Shown piece by piece: positions 1-12,559 of a stretch of 64,000 nucleotides of DNA. The position numbers were made by a program, and so were the translations under genes. Each line of letters starts with the position of its first letter. Positions within the stretch are counted from its first letter, which is position 1. Below the pieces are notes generated by a model that saw only the letters and a list, made by a program, of their open reading frames with translations, did no database searches and was not told the origin of the DNA. The stretch comes from Selaginella moellendorffii (Eukaryota > Plantae > Lycopodiophyta): contig NW_003314269.1 of the NCBI RefSeq assembly GCF_000143415.4, positions 2,659,060 to 2,723,059 of the forward strand, given 5' to 3'.

Positions 1-161
1 AAATCAAAAGCGAGCTGAAGCAGCAGCACACAGCAACAGGAGCAGAGCTACTTACCGCCTGCAGAGAGTGAATGAGTAGGTGCTACGAGCAGCGAGCGAA
101 GAGTGGTATGGATATACAAGACGCTGGAAGATCTTTGCCACCCTTTGAAAAACTTTTGCGT

Positions 162-314
162 AGTGTACTTTGCAGCGAGATTTCATCGACCCAAGCTTGA
201 GTCACCAAGCTGTAACATATCATTACCCTTTTGTGTACTTTACTGTGCAGCGAGATTTCATCCTGCGTAACAAGCCAAAGCCTTTAGTCACTGAGATTGT
301 AACATATCATTACC
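162..314. repeat. Imperfect two-copy tandem duplication (~70-80 bp unit) upstream of the CCCH gene
   Basis: GTGTACTT..TGCAGCGAGATTTCATC..AAGC..AGTCAC..TGTAACATATCATTACC occurs at ~162-228 and ~233-314. Confidence 0.75.
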
Positions 315-965
315 TGAGAAAAAAAAGAGAAACGATTCTCCTCGGCCTGCATTAATCTGCGAAGAAAACGAAGCTTTAGTATCTTCTTTTTTTCTTTTCT
401 GGGCTTTAAACCTTACCAGGAAAACTGCTCCTCTCAATCTTTGCAGAGCAGCGCTTGCTTCCTTTTCTTCTCCTTGTGACCGATATGAATATAAAACTGA
501 CGCTCTGTCTGAAGGATCCCTTTCTCGGCTTGCGCGACCTGCTTTCTCTGGTTAGAGGAAAAAGCTTTCCTTGCTGATGCTTCAAAAGTCTCGCTCACTA
601 AAACAGTAGAATCCGTGTAGTATTGAACTGCGGCCTTGTTTTTTGCCTTTTCTTTGCAAGGGATCTGCTGGAGAGCCCATCCGAGCTATAGTCCAATAAT
701 TCGAATTTGTCAGCAGGTCTCGGGAGAGTGATTGGTTGAACAGTGGAGAACGAGGGTCCCCTCCCCCTTCCCATTTTTGAAGAAGCAGCTTGAGGGAGCC
801 GATGAACTGCACGAATCACTTCTCGCAGGATTAGTACATCCGAAGAAAAAAAAACCACACACGAGGTATGTTACCAGTAGCATTCTGTGCAGCTGTTGCT
901 GCTACTGCTGCTGCTCCTCTCCTCGGTGCTCACCTCGGCTCCATTCATTCTGTAGAAAAAATCAT

Positions 966-2932
966 ATGGATCCTTACGAGCTCACCAGAATGCTGTACGC
1001 AAGAGTGCAGGCTCTGGATCCCAGGCACGTCTCAAAGATCATTGGATATCTGCTTCTGCAAGACGAGGCAGAGCAAGATATGCTCCGGATGGCCCTCGGC
1101 TCGGATGCCCTCCTCTTCTCCGTGGTGGACAAAGCAAAGCAGGAACTTGGCCTCTCTCCCAGTCCTAATGCTCATTTCGATCATCCTGCTCCATTCTCCA
1201 GGCCTGAGCATCCACCTTTCCACTTTGGTACCGCATTCGATCACCAGCTTCAATCCACTTACCATCTCAGAGACGTGTACCATCCTCCCCTCGTCAATTC
1301 CCATGTCCCGTTCCAGAAGCAACTGCAACAACAAGCGGAGTTAATGAATCGGCCTTCAATACAAGATACATACCAGCACCAGCCTCTCTTTGGTGCCGGA
1401 GTTTTCCCAAATGATCACTTCTACCCGGAAACTTTCGCGTTCCTCAACAGGAACAGATTGAAGCAGCAGAAGCAGCAGCAGCAAAAGTCAGACGAACACG
1501 ATCTGATGCTGAGTCTCTCGGAGCACGGATCTCCAAACAGCAGCAGCAGCAGTAGCAATAACAGTAGCCACGCGTGGAAGCCTTGCGTCTACTACTCCCG
1601 GGGCCACTGCAAGCACGGCAGCGGGTGTAGATTTCTCCACACTCCGAACTCGCTGGGAATCGAGGAGCACGGGACAGAGTCGGCTCTGGAGAGGCTGGAA
1701 TTGGAGATTCAAGAGCTGCTCCGTGCCAGAAAGTCACCGGTGCCAATCTCGTTGCTTCCGCAGATGTACTTCGAGGAATTCGGGAGCGCTCTCCACGTTG
1801 ACGGGTTCCTGGCGACTCCCGAGGCCGTACAAGGATCCGGTTTAACCAGCCTGCTTTGCCATATGAAGAACACTCTCGTCATCGATCAGTAAGCCGATCG
1901 ATCTTCTTTCGAGTCCGTCTTGCATGCGTCTGACAAGTAGTTCGCTTCTCAGGCCCAATGGACAGCAGGCAGTCGTCCTGGTCGAAGAAAGTTCCAGGCT
2001 TGCGGTTGCGGCTCATCGTGGAGATAATTATGATCATAATGGCATCGTAAGTCCCAGCTCTCGTCAGATATATTTGACGTTCCCTGCTGAGAGCGCTTTC
2101 ACTGAAGAGGATGTGAACGCGCACTTCAGGTAAAGAAGTAAAAAACATATCAAAAGGTATTACCTCTCATGTAGCTGCCTTGTTGCTTGCTTGCCAGCGC
2201 TTATGGTCCTGTTCAGGACGTACGAATCCCTTATCAGCAGAAGCGTATGTTTGGATTCGTAACCTTCATCCATGCAGAAACTGTCAAGACCATTCTGGCC
2301 GAAGGCAATCCCCACTATGTTTGCGGAGCTCGTGTTCTGGTCAAGCCTTACCGTGACAAAGTAAAATACACCGACAAGTAAGCTCGGATCACATGGAGAC
2401 TTTTTGTATGTTTGGCACAATATGTTTGTCTGTCTAGGAAAAATGCTGATCAACAATCCAGGAATGTGAGAAACAACACCGACCTTGGTAACTTTGCATG
2501 GTATTTTGCTACGTTCCCGTGTTTACACGCGGTGTGATTTTCCCAGCTTCTAAACTGCTCGAAGAAAGCATGCAGCAGCAGCAGCAGCGAGAGAATTACC
2601 TCCAACAGAGACTAGTAGAGTTTCGGCTCCAAGCTGTAGATAAACCACAAGATGGTAAGCGTGAGATATTCTTTCATGGAAATCCGACTTACTGTGGAGT
2701 CTTTCAGGTGCCACCGACGTGTTACTAAAGGAAACGAACATCAACTTAGGATACATCTTAGAAGATGACGACACACACAGAAAAACTAGCCATAGCAATC
2801 GCAATACTTACTCGAGGTATTGCTCTAATCTTATTGATGCAAGTTTAATTTTGCGTTTCCAGAGCTGCAAGTTTCCCAGAGAACCCATTTGCAGTTACCT
2901 ACGAGCAGGAAACCACCAAATTAGTCTCTTGA
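966..2932 (+). CDS. CCCH zinc finger + RRM RNA-binding protein (AtC3H46/53-like family), multi-exon
   Basis: ATG at 966 ([33 protein letters not shown]). CCCH motif [60 protein letters not shown]. Last exon ..[11 protein letters not shown] ends at TGA 2930-2932. GT-AG introns such as 1889-1952. Confidence 0.9.
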
Positions 2933-3387
2933 CAAAGCGGAGTAAATGACAGAAAGTACCAACAGTTTTCAAGTAGTTATCCACATTTCGCTCCCCATAA
3001 GACCAAAGTTTTGGCAGCTACATTTATTTGTACAGGGCCCTGTGACAGTCGAAATATAACACGTCAGGACTGTGAAGCCCTTTTCCAGGGGTTCCCACTG
3101 CTACAATCAAAGAAGGAAAATTTTAAAAAGTATAAAACAGATTGCTAGAACTGGCCTGAGATTGCGTACAATTAACATAGAGCGAGATTCTTCATTGCAT
3201 CGCTCTGGCATGCTCTGTGCATCTAGAGGAGACAAAGCACACGGAAGTGAGAAGAACAGACGCACAAATTCAGAGCCTCGTGTCAAACAGAGTTTTGATT
3301 TCAATTGACTTGCAACTTACAACTTGAGAGATTGTACCTTTGCCGTGACTTTGTCTTTCGCTCGTCGTCCAAATTGTTTGACGTGCT

Positions 3388-6300
3388 TCACAAGAAAACT
3401 TCCCGCAGGACTCTGGCAACAACACGCGATGCGAAACGGCTCACTATCTCTGGAACCAGCTTCGATGAAATGCTTGGAAGAATGGGTTGGAATTCTCTTA
3501 GTAACCTGAGCACTTCCAATCCATTTCCCTGCGTTTGATGGAAACAAATGGGGTCATTATTACAGAAACAAGTCACAACATACCCGATCGATTGTTCTGA
3601 ACGATGGAGTTCCTTCTACAAAAAAGGAGATGATTTTATATACGTTGTTCAATACAAGCTCGTCTTCTTCTGTAATGGCTGTAATGGTGGGGAGTAGCCG
3701 ATGAGGCATGAAAGGCAAAGCACTGGCAAAAACGCCAACAACAGGCATAGACCTTAAAATGGTATCGATTCTGTCCAGGCCCAGCAATGGCAACGCACGA
3801 GCAACTTGCTCCCTAGACAGTGCATCCAGTCCTTTCACAACCTGCAGCCAGAAGTTTTGGATTGCGGATGATACTGAGTAAATTCATACCTCGTCTAGTA
3901 TAAATTCGCGAAAGAATTCTCCACGCTCGGAGACCATAAATCCCAGCGCCACCCTAGCGTGCATTTGTCCGGACGGAAGATCCTGACGAGTCGTTCGCAA
4001 GATAATGTCTCTTGAAGTACTCGGTAACGAACCAAGGGATGCCATATCCCCACCGAGTGCTTCACCGCCTCCACTTTTAGCAGCCAGAGTAAACGACTCA
4101 AACGCTTCCATAACATCGATGAATCTGTCCACGTCGAAAACACCGGTTTTCCCGTAGAGGGTATACCGAAGAGCTTCTCTTAATCTAGGAGAATCATCTG
4201 TAAGAAGCCTCTGCGTAACAGAAAAGGAAATTGAGTGGCAATGATTTAGAAAATAAAACATACATACCTGTGCGATGTAAGGATACGCTTCGTCTACTAT
4301 TGCGAAGTCCGGGTTGCCTACTAATGCAATGCCTTCCAGAACTCCAATAGCTCGAATTATAAGAGCAAAATATGGAGGAATCCGGAAAGGATAATCAAAT
4401 GTGATTTGAGCCAGATCGGAGGCAAGTTCCTGAAAGTTGATGTTCTTGGCACCACCGCCTTCTAGAGCTTGATCAAACACTTTCGCCAAAACAGGCATAA
4501 TCGGATTTAGATTCACTCCTTCGGGAATGAAATCTAGCTTCACAAAATCCTTGACAATAGCCTCGTAGTCACGATGAATAAGATGCGATATCGCTTCAAT
4601 CATTCCGTATTTTTGGTCATCTGTTATTTGTGTCATCAGACCTGCATGCGAAACAGTTACTAACATTTTCAATCCTAACGCACACAAGGAACCTACCAAA
4701 ATCAAGTATGGCCAACTTCCCATCAGGAGTGCGTATTAGATTCCCAGGATGTGGGTCAGCGTGGAATAAACCTGTATCTAGCAACTTCACAGTCAAATAT
4801 TCAATGAGAAAACAATCGGAAGCCGAAACACTGGAATATATAAGCACGTACCTGTTTTAGATAGCAAATTACACCTACATTTACAAGATCTCCGACATCA
4901 TCAGCTGTACTTTGAGAAAGTTTCTCTCCATCAATCCATCCGGTTGTTAATACTCTTCTTGATGTATACTTGGGGTAAGTTTTTGGGACAACTACCTGCA
5001 GCAAAGATGATGATCAAATGAACCATTTCAAAAGCTCGAACCTGAGGAAGGTCTTGCCGCATCATTTCTGCAAACCTAGTTCCATTCCGACCTTCATTGA
5101 CATAATCAAGCTCTTCAAAAAACCGTGCAGCCCATTCATCCACAAGACCAACAACATCTGTAGCTATCTGTACTACAAGCGCAACACAATTATGGCAAGA
5201 AAATTACATCGAAGGTAAAACTTGCCTGTGGAAATTTTCGAAGAGCGAGCCCAAGTTTTCTGATGATGTACAAGTCAATAGTTACAGTCTCAAGTACGTA
5301 AGGCCTTTGAACTTTTACAGCCACGGGTTCCCCCGTCTCCTTAATCCGACCCTTATAAACTTGCCCCAGAGATGCTGCAAAGATCAACTTAAAGAGAAGT
5401 ATAGAAGCGAATTTCTAGTTCTTCATACCGGCAGCAATAGGAGACGGAGAAAGCTCCGAATACAGTTCAGTCCATGGCTGGCCCAATTCTTTCTCAATAA
5501 GATCCATTGCGATGTCGTTCGGAAATGACGGCACCTAGAAAACATTTAAGAAGGCTATGGTCACAATGAAGTGCAAATCAGTTCCAAGTTCAATCCAACG
5601 TACTTTGTCACAAAGCTTCTGTAGCTCAGTCATGGCGGCAGGAGACAATATATCAGGACGAATGCTGAGAGCTTGTCCAAGCTTGATATAGGCAGGTCCA
5701 AGCGATGTTACAATTTCCCTCAGCTCGATAGCTCGCGCGACTTCATTCTGCAAGTAAAGTGCCTTCACTCCGGGAAACAACAAAATAAGTATTGTTACCT
5801 CTTTCAGCTTCTTCGAAACGATGTCTCCAGCGAGGTGAGAAAGAAATCCGCCAGCAACACCAAGCAACTGGAAAATGCGAGTGAAAACAGCGGCAGGGCG
5901 CTTTCCCCAGTACGCAGATATCGCTTGGGGGCTATAAACCAGGGGCAGTGCTTCCTTGTCTCCTTCTCTGTCAACCTGGAAACATTGCAAAACATGGCTC
6001 TTCATTTTGGCTCGACGAAACATATTTCTTACCTCGACAAGGCGAAGCTTTACGGTCGATGACGCGAAGAGCTCGTCCGAGAGATTCTGTCCTCGAAGCC
6101 CACGCATGAATGAAGCGACTTGCTCGTCTTCTTCGAGCTGAGCTCTCATCTTCTTCACTTCCTCCGCCATATCTCCCACTCGCTGCCATGCGCGCCATGA
6201 GAAAACCAATCTACCGACAAAAATCAAAACAAAACGTACCATGCTTCGGCCAGCACTGCCATTAATCCTTGCGCTTCCATTGACATTCCTACGAGAAGAT

Positions 6301-6446
6301 TTCGCCTCGGATGCTGGAGCCGGAGGGTCCGTGGTAGCTACCGCTCTAACACAGAGACAGCGACGAGATCGCTGCCGATTAGAATCATCATCGCAGAAGC
6401 CGGACGACAGCCGCCTGGGAATGGCGCCCCCGGACTGGAGCAGCAT
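3388..6446 (-). CDS. ABC1K6: ABC1/UbiB atypical kinase, plastid (ABC1K6-like), multi-exon
   Basis: Motifs [62 protein letters not shown]-terminal [17 protein letters not shown] and C-terminal [21 protein letters not shown] match my recollection of Arabidopsis At3g24190. Confidence 0.9.
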
Positions 6447-6776
6447 CGCCACGCAATCGTATCGATTGCACCGTCGTCGTTCGATCGCTCAATCCCTGCG
6501 AGACACCATACCCAGGCGAAATGCTGGAAATAAAACCCTACGCCCTCATTTTTCCACGAGGCAGCCACCACAAGCTCAAGTGGCCGCTGTTAACCCACGT
6601 CAGCGCCACGAAGGCAGGCACATTCTTAAAATATGCTCGTAGTTGACTAGCGGGTGGACCGCAAGGTCAGCGATCCCAAGCTGGGAATATACTAAATTCT
6701 AACATTAGACTACTCAAAAATCCATTTATTCGGACAAATTTCTTCATAGAATCGAGTCAAAAACGTCCCGTCTCTT

Positions 6777-8507
6777 TCACGGAGGCGAGAAGCACAACTG
6801 GAATCCTTTCCTGACGCGATCGTTTTCCTGGTACTTGAGAACTCGGCAGTAATTTATCTTCCAAACCAGCAAAACACAAACTTTAGGAGAAACAAAGAGA
6901 AACCAAAGATCGAACAGACCTCTAGACGAAACATTCTCGTTGGGATGACCAAGCCCGCGCCCACCGAGGACCGGAACCCCGAGAAGAACTTCTGCGCCGT
7001 CATGTTCTTCCTGTCCGCCAGGCTCAAGATGTTGCCCGAGCACGCAAAGACGTGAGCGTGGATGTCGTGCTCCTTGAGAAACTTGAGCGGCAGATCGAAG
7101 GAGAGATCCGCGAAGCCGTTGATGGCGAAGTCTCCACCCAAGGTGTCCCTCTTCCCGACCTCCTCTTCGTTGCCGGACTTGACAAGCCGCCTGAGTTCCC
7201 TGGGACCGACTCCACGCGTTCGAAAGCCGACCAGGCTGAACGGGCCCCGGAGCTCGCTCACGAGACAGCTCGGTCCTCCCATGTAAAACCGGTCGCTCAG
7301 AGGCGTCGACTTGCTCAGGAAATCCTTCCCCCAGGGAACGATCAGCCCAGCCGAGGTACCGAGATTCAAGGCTGCGTTGAACACGCCTAGAGGAACAGCG
7401 AAACGGAAATCTAGCTCCTGTAATGCAAGAAAAGAAGACATCAGTAAAGATAAAGGCAGAGAAAACATCGTGACTTTCAAGTACCTGCCTGAAGAACCGC
7501 GAGAGCCTGGCGTCGGGTCCCAAGCCAGCGATCTGGGAGGAAGTGGAAAATGCGAATCCTTCAGTTGGTCTCACAGACGAATCCCGGGTGTCCAACCTGT
7601 AGCTATACTTCACAGCCGAGAGCAAAGAGTGACCAAGTTGGCCGCGAACAGTCTTGGACGCTCTATGAGACGGATCGGCAAGGTTTCTCCACGTCAAGTT
7701 GTAGCTGAGCTCGTGATTGTTGTCGTGGATCAAGCCAGTCGAGACCCCTAGCAGCCTTTCTTTGTAAGACGAGTACTTGTGCCAGTCCTGGGAGAGTAAC
7801 GAGACCCGAGTGAAGAAACCAGCAGGCCAAGTTCTAAACCTGGGGAAATTCACTCCCACACTGTTCTCAGCTGTGGAGTCCCAGCCGTAGCAGCCAGTTC
7901 CATCCCAAGTTTCTCCATAACCCAGCAAGTTCTTCCACTTCAAGGTTCCCTCCAGCGACCATTTTCGAGACTGCAGTACAGTTTCCATGAGAAACATGAA
8001 AACTAGAAAAGAAAAGCTCGAGAGACCCAGAGAACTTACTTCTGGCCTGGAAAACATCCCCACATTGCACGAGTAAGGCCTCTCGGGCTCCACGACCTCG
8101 ACGATCACATTCGTCGTTCCTGGCAGCTCCGGCGGCCCGACATCGAAATTGATGACCCACCTCTCAAACACATCCATGCGCTCCATCTGGACGCTGGCCT
8201 TGGCGGCCTCCAGCAAAATATCCTGAAGCGTCGTCGCCTCCTTCATCTTGCCCAGGACCGACTCGATCACCCAGTCCTTGGTGCGCTTGTTCCCCTTGAT
8301 CTGGATGTCGTGGACACGCACATTCACATCCTCCTTCTCCATCTTGTGAGCCAGCCGCTCGAGCACTCGCCGCTTCCTTACCGCATTGGATCCATCCGCC
8401 GCCTCTTCCTCCTCCTCCTCCTCCGCCGCATCCTCCGCCACAGGCTCCTCCTGCTCCGCACGATTCTGCTCGCCTCCACTGCGAGCGTCGTCGTCTTCGC
8501 TCGCCAT
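6777..8507 (-). CDS. SAM50: Sorting and assembly machinery component 50 (Omp85 family, mitochondrial outer membrane), 4 exons
   Basis: POTRA region (VRVHDIQIKGNKRTKDWVIE), beta-barrel DRFYMGG..LVGFRTRGVGPR, C-terminal FRSSVGAGL..RLEINY..GFQLCFS. Confidence 0.9.
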   Translation of the reverse strand: MASEDDDARSGGEQNRAEQEEPVAEDAAEEEEEEEAADGSNAVRKRRVLERLAHKMEKEDVNVRVHDIQIKGNKRTKDWVIESVLGKMKEATTLQDILLEAAKASVQMERMDVFERWVINFDVGPPELPGTTNVIVEVVEPERPYSCNVGMFSRPEVSSLGLSSFSFLVFMFLMETVLQSRKWSLEGTLKWKNLLGYGETWDGTGCYGWDSTAENSVGVNFPRFRTWPAGFFTRVSLLSQDWHKYSSYKERLLGVSTGLIHDNNHELSYNLTWRNLADPSHRASKTVRGQLGHSLLSAVKYSYRLDTRDSSVRPTEGFAFSTSSQIAGLGPDARLSRFFRQVLESHDVFSAFIFTDVFFSCITGARFPFRCSSRRVQRSLESRYLGWADRSLGEGFPEQVDASERPVLHGRTELSRERAPGPVQPGRLSNAWSRSQGTQAACQVRQRRGGREEGHLGWRLRHQRLRGSLLRSAAQVSQGARHPRSRLCVLGQHLEPGGQEEHDGAEVLLGVPVLGGRGLGHPNENVSSRGLFDLWFLFVSPKVCVLLVWKINYCRVLKYQENDRVRKGFQLCFSPP

Positions 8508-8612
8508 CGCCAGAGCCCGAGAAACCCTAGGGTTCTATGGATACGAAGCAAAACCCTAAAACTTTTATCAAGAGAATCTTTTTCCTGCTTTAAAATAATT
8601 GGCGGGAGCATA

Positions 8613-11600
8613 TCATCGGCTCAAGTAAGTGTAGGATCCCAAGCTTCTCTTATAATTCACTAGCAGTGCTTGCGCTTCTTCCACCGAGAGATGGCCCTTT
8701 GCGACGGCGTCCTCGGCCTCCCTTCGCAGCTCTTCGGTCATCTCGTCGCCTACGTGCTGGACGGCTCGCATCACTTCTTCCATGGTTTGGCCCCGGATCA
8801 CTCTCTCGATCGTGTAGCCTCCCCGGCCGCTAGAGCTGCCGTTCTTGAGCAATGCCGCGGCGGAGGTAAGGATGTCGCTGCTCGTCTGTGGCTTGATCTT
8901 GACGTGAATTATGTTTGTTCCACCGAAGAGATTGTGAGCGCTTCCCATCACCTCCTGAGAGAGCTTGAAGTTTTAGTACCGGAAACAAAAGAGAGAAGGA
9001 AACTTTACCTGGTAGACACCACCGAGGAAGAGTCCCATCAAGTAAGGCTCTCCCTTGCGAAGCTCGTGAACAGGGAGGGCGGCTGCTACTTCGCCATTCT
9101 CGCCGATGAACCGATCAAACTTCCCATCGCTGTCACAGGTGAGGTCGGCCAGAGTAGCTTGAACAGTCGGCTTCTCGGTCAGCCTTTGCAGTGGGATGAT
9201 CGGGAAGATCTGGTCGATGGCCCAGGCGTCGGGAGCCGAGCGAAAGACGGATAAGTTGATGTGGTAGACTGCGGCCAGTGAGTCCCTCAGCTCCTGGAGC
9301 TCGTCCGGAAGATCTTCTCCTTTGCACAGTGCTACGACACGATGGCAGAGTGCTTCGTACAGGGCATCGGCTTGAGCTCGCTGCTCCAGGCTCAGGCATC
9401 CGAGCTTGAAGAGGCTGGATATCTCGGATTTGAACTGCTTGGCGTCGCTGTATGACTCTCTGAAGTTGGACTCGTCCATGGTATTGTAGACCTTCTCAAA
9501 CGTGTGAAGGAGGTACTCCCCTGGATCTTGATCGGCGGCCGGGCTTGCTGAACAAGGCGGACAGTTTGAGTTGGCACAGCAGCCTCGACCATTGTCTTTC
9601 AGCTGGCCATAAGGCGAGTTATTCATCAGAACTTCCAGATTTGCGAGGGAAGTGTTCTCGGACCGCTCAAACGTGCTGAGAACGTCGAAGACGAGGACGG
9701 AATGATGGGATGCCAGCGCCCGCCCGCTCTCAGATATGATCACGGGTTGAGCAACCCCTTTTAAAATGCAAGCATCGACCAGAGCTGCCACCACATCGTT
9801 TGCATAATTCTGGGATAGGAAAAGAGAAAACCATGGTGAGCTTCGAAAACGTAAAACAAATGGCCCACCTGCATGCTGTAATTCGTTGAAGCACTCGATT
9901 GAGTTTTACTTCCGTCGTAGTCAATACCAAGCCCGCCTCCGACGTCAATATATTGCTGGAGAAAGCTTCAGATGGCCACTATACCGAAAGTAAAGGAGTA
10001 CATACCATGGGTGCGCCCATCAAAGCTAACTCGCAGAAGATGTGGCTTCCTTCGCGCATGGCTTCTTTGATAATAGAGATCGAAGGAATTTGCGAACCGA
10101 TATGAAAATGCAGGAGTTGAAGGCAATCCAACATGCCTTCCTGCATGTTCCAAGTGTTAGTATCAAATCCAGCATAAAAATGCGTAACAAACCTTTCTCA
10201 ACGTATACACAACACGAACGATCTCAGTCACCGTGAGACCGAACTTTCCTTTGTCGCCTGAGGAACCACCCCAATGCCCGGTGTGTTTGGTGCTTAGTTT
10301 TGCCCTCACACCGACCATGGGTCGAACTCCCAAAATTCTGCACGCTTGGATTACCATTTCTAGCTCCTCCATCTGTCATAGGTTCATTGATAAACTACTC
10401 GGAATAAAAAGAAATACAAACCTGTTCAAGAACAATGATGGCATTCACGCCAAGCTGCCTCGCCAGTAACACACTCTCAATATATACCCGATCCTGCACA
10501 TCAGCACCACGAGTTAGAAACAAAAATTAGAAAGTAAGAGAAACAAATTCTTGTCAAGAGACCATCGACGCTAGAGTCAATTACTCACAAGTCAACAGCA
10601 CACAACTCATCAAGCCTCGACAGTGGAACAGGGTCACAAATAAATGCCTTGTATCCGTTGCAGATGAGAAGCGCGTCCTTACTGCCCCTTAGCTTTGCAA
10701 TAGCTATCAGAAGTTCGGGTTTAGAGCCTGCTTCTAGCCCAAACTTACACCGATCCCCAAACTTCACAATGTCTTCGAGGAGATAGCGGTCGTGGTTACA
10801 CTTGATAGGAAAAACTCCTTGAAAATGCCGCTACACGTCAGGAGAGCGAACTGTTGAAAAACAAATCAAAAGAAAAGAGAAACTTGCCTGATAGCTGAAC
10901 TTCGCAATGGCATTGTTGAAACAATCATTCAGCTGGCGAATTCTGTGCTGCACTATTTCGGGGAAACGAAGAACCATTGGTAGCTGAAGGTTTCTTCGTC
11001 TGAGGCTCTCTATCAGATCTACCAAGTCCAGTTCGTCCGAGCCTGCCATTAACAAACAAAACAGAAAAGATTAAAATTCTTGCCTTCGGACAACTTCAAA
11101 GATGAATTTACCATCCAGATGTCCGTGGAGATGGACGCTAACGTGACCTTTAGAATTGATGAAAAAGTATGGCGCGCCCCACCCATCGATCTTATACAGC
11201 TCCGCGCTGTCATTGATCGTCCATATCTCTTCCTCCGAGTCTCTTTGATCCGTGGACACAACATCATCCCGCGAGATGAACCCCACCGACGACGTCTCAG
11301 AGATTGTGAGCCTCTCCAGTATGTCAAAATCCTTCCTGGCGGACGAGTAGTGCGTGAGGACACGCTTCTCGATGGCTGTGCTGCTCTCTACGGACCTCGT
11401 CTCCTCGTGAGACCTCGTTCTAAACTTCCCACTACACCAAGCGGCTCTCACAAAAATATTTAGAACCTGGACTCTCCTGGATCGAGACGACGCCCTAGCG
11501 CTGGCGCTGGCACTGGCACTGGCACTGCATTGATCGGGCGAGCACGGGCTCCCACACCCGGGCTGCGTCCACGAGAACCACCGAAACTGGGGCGGCCCGG

Positions 11601-11667
11601 CGATTCGATCCAGCGCGTTCTTGTACTGGAGCGATGTCGACGACAGCATTGGCGTGATGCCCGCCAT
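8613..11667 (-). CDS. ADC: Arginine decarboxylase with N-terminal transit-peptide-like extension, 9 exons
   Basis: [20 protein letters not shown] (PLP lysine), [66 protein letters not shown]. Confidence 0.93.
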
Positions 11668-12559
11668 GGCGCTGGCGCCGATCGATCGCTGCGAGCGAAA
11701 GATCGATCAAAATCCAGGGCAGCCGCGAGAGATCCAATGCCTCCGGCAGCCGATGCGCCAATGCCCCACCGCAAACATTTGCCCTAGCGCAATTCACACC
11801 CTAACAATCCATGGCGCGCATTGCAATGCGCTCTCCCTTCGCCCCATGACGTTTCCCATAAGGGTTTTAAGGGGTTAAAAGATAGTTGGATAACCTGAAG
11901 CATATGCTAGGGTGGTTAAATCTGGCGTATCCAGAGAAAATATATTACAAAATATTTAACCACTGAAATAACTTTAAAATCATGTCAACTTCAAAATAAT
12001 GTTTTTATTTGGAGCAATTATTACAAGGGTTATTACATACATGTCCCACCTAAGCTTATGGAATCCGATCTTGCAGGTGGTCTAGATGCAAACCACATTA
12101 AATTAATGTATGAAGTTATTTGATATAATAATAAGGAGGGAGTGTTGACCTTTCTGGGCTGCTGGATTCAGCCAATGGCAGCCGTCCGATAGGGGTAGCT
12201 GTAAAAGGGTTATTTCCTTAACCATATCTTAACAAATAATTCTATTGATGTTTGCTATCAAGCCAATGGGAAGCAGTTAATTGCCTAGGGTGAGAGAAGA
12301 AGGCACTACCACACATGTCACATGCAAAGTGTTAATTGGCATTGACACTAAACCTTTTGCAATGGAGATTGCTGAAATTAAGAGGGTAAATTCTAGGATT
12401 TAGTGGAAAGCATTTATAATAACAATACACCTCAAGCTTATATTTAGATCTCTTTCCCTTGATTTAGGGTTTTATGGGCTATGGGCATGCTCTTGCCAAT
12501 CCCTTGCAATGGTGTCACATTCATCCCAAATGTGCAAATTCCTGTATAGTGCCCTTTTT

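Noticed and set aside
732-965. Cys-rich N-terminal extension (CSCCCYCCCSS) of the CCCH ORF
   Set aside because: It is a translation of a (GCT)n-like leader or intron tract from a non-ATG start. The family N-terminus begins at ATG 966.
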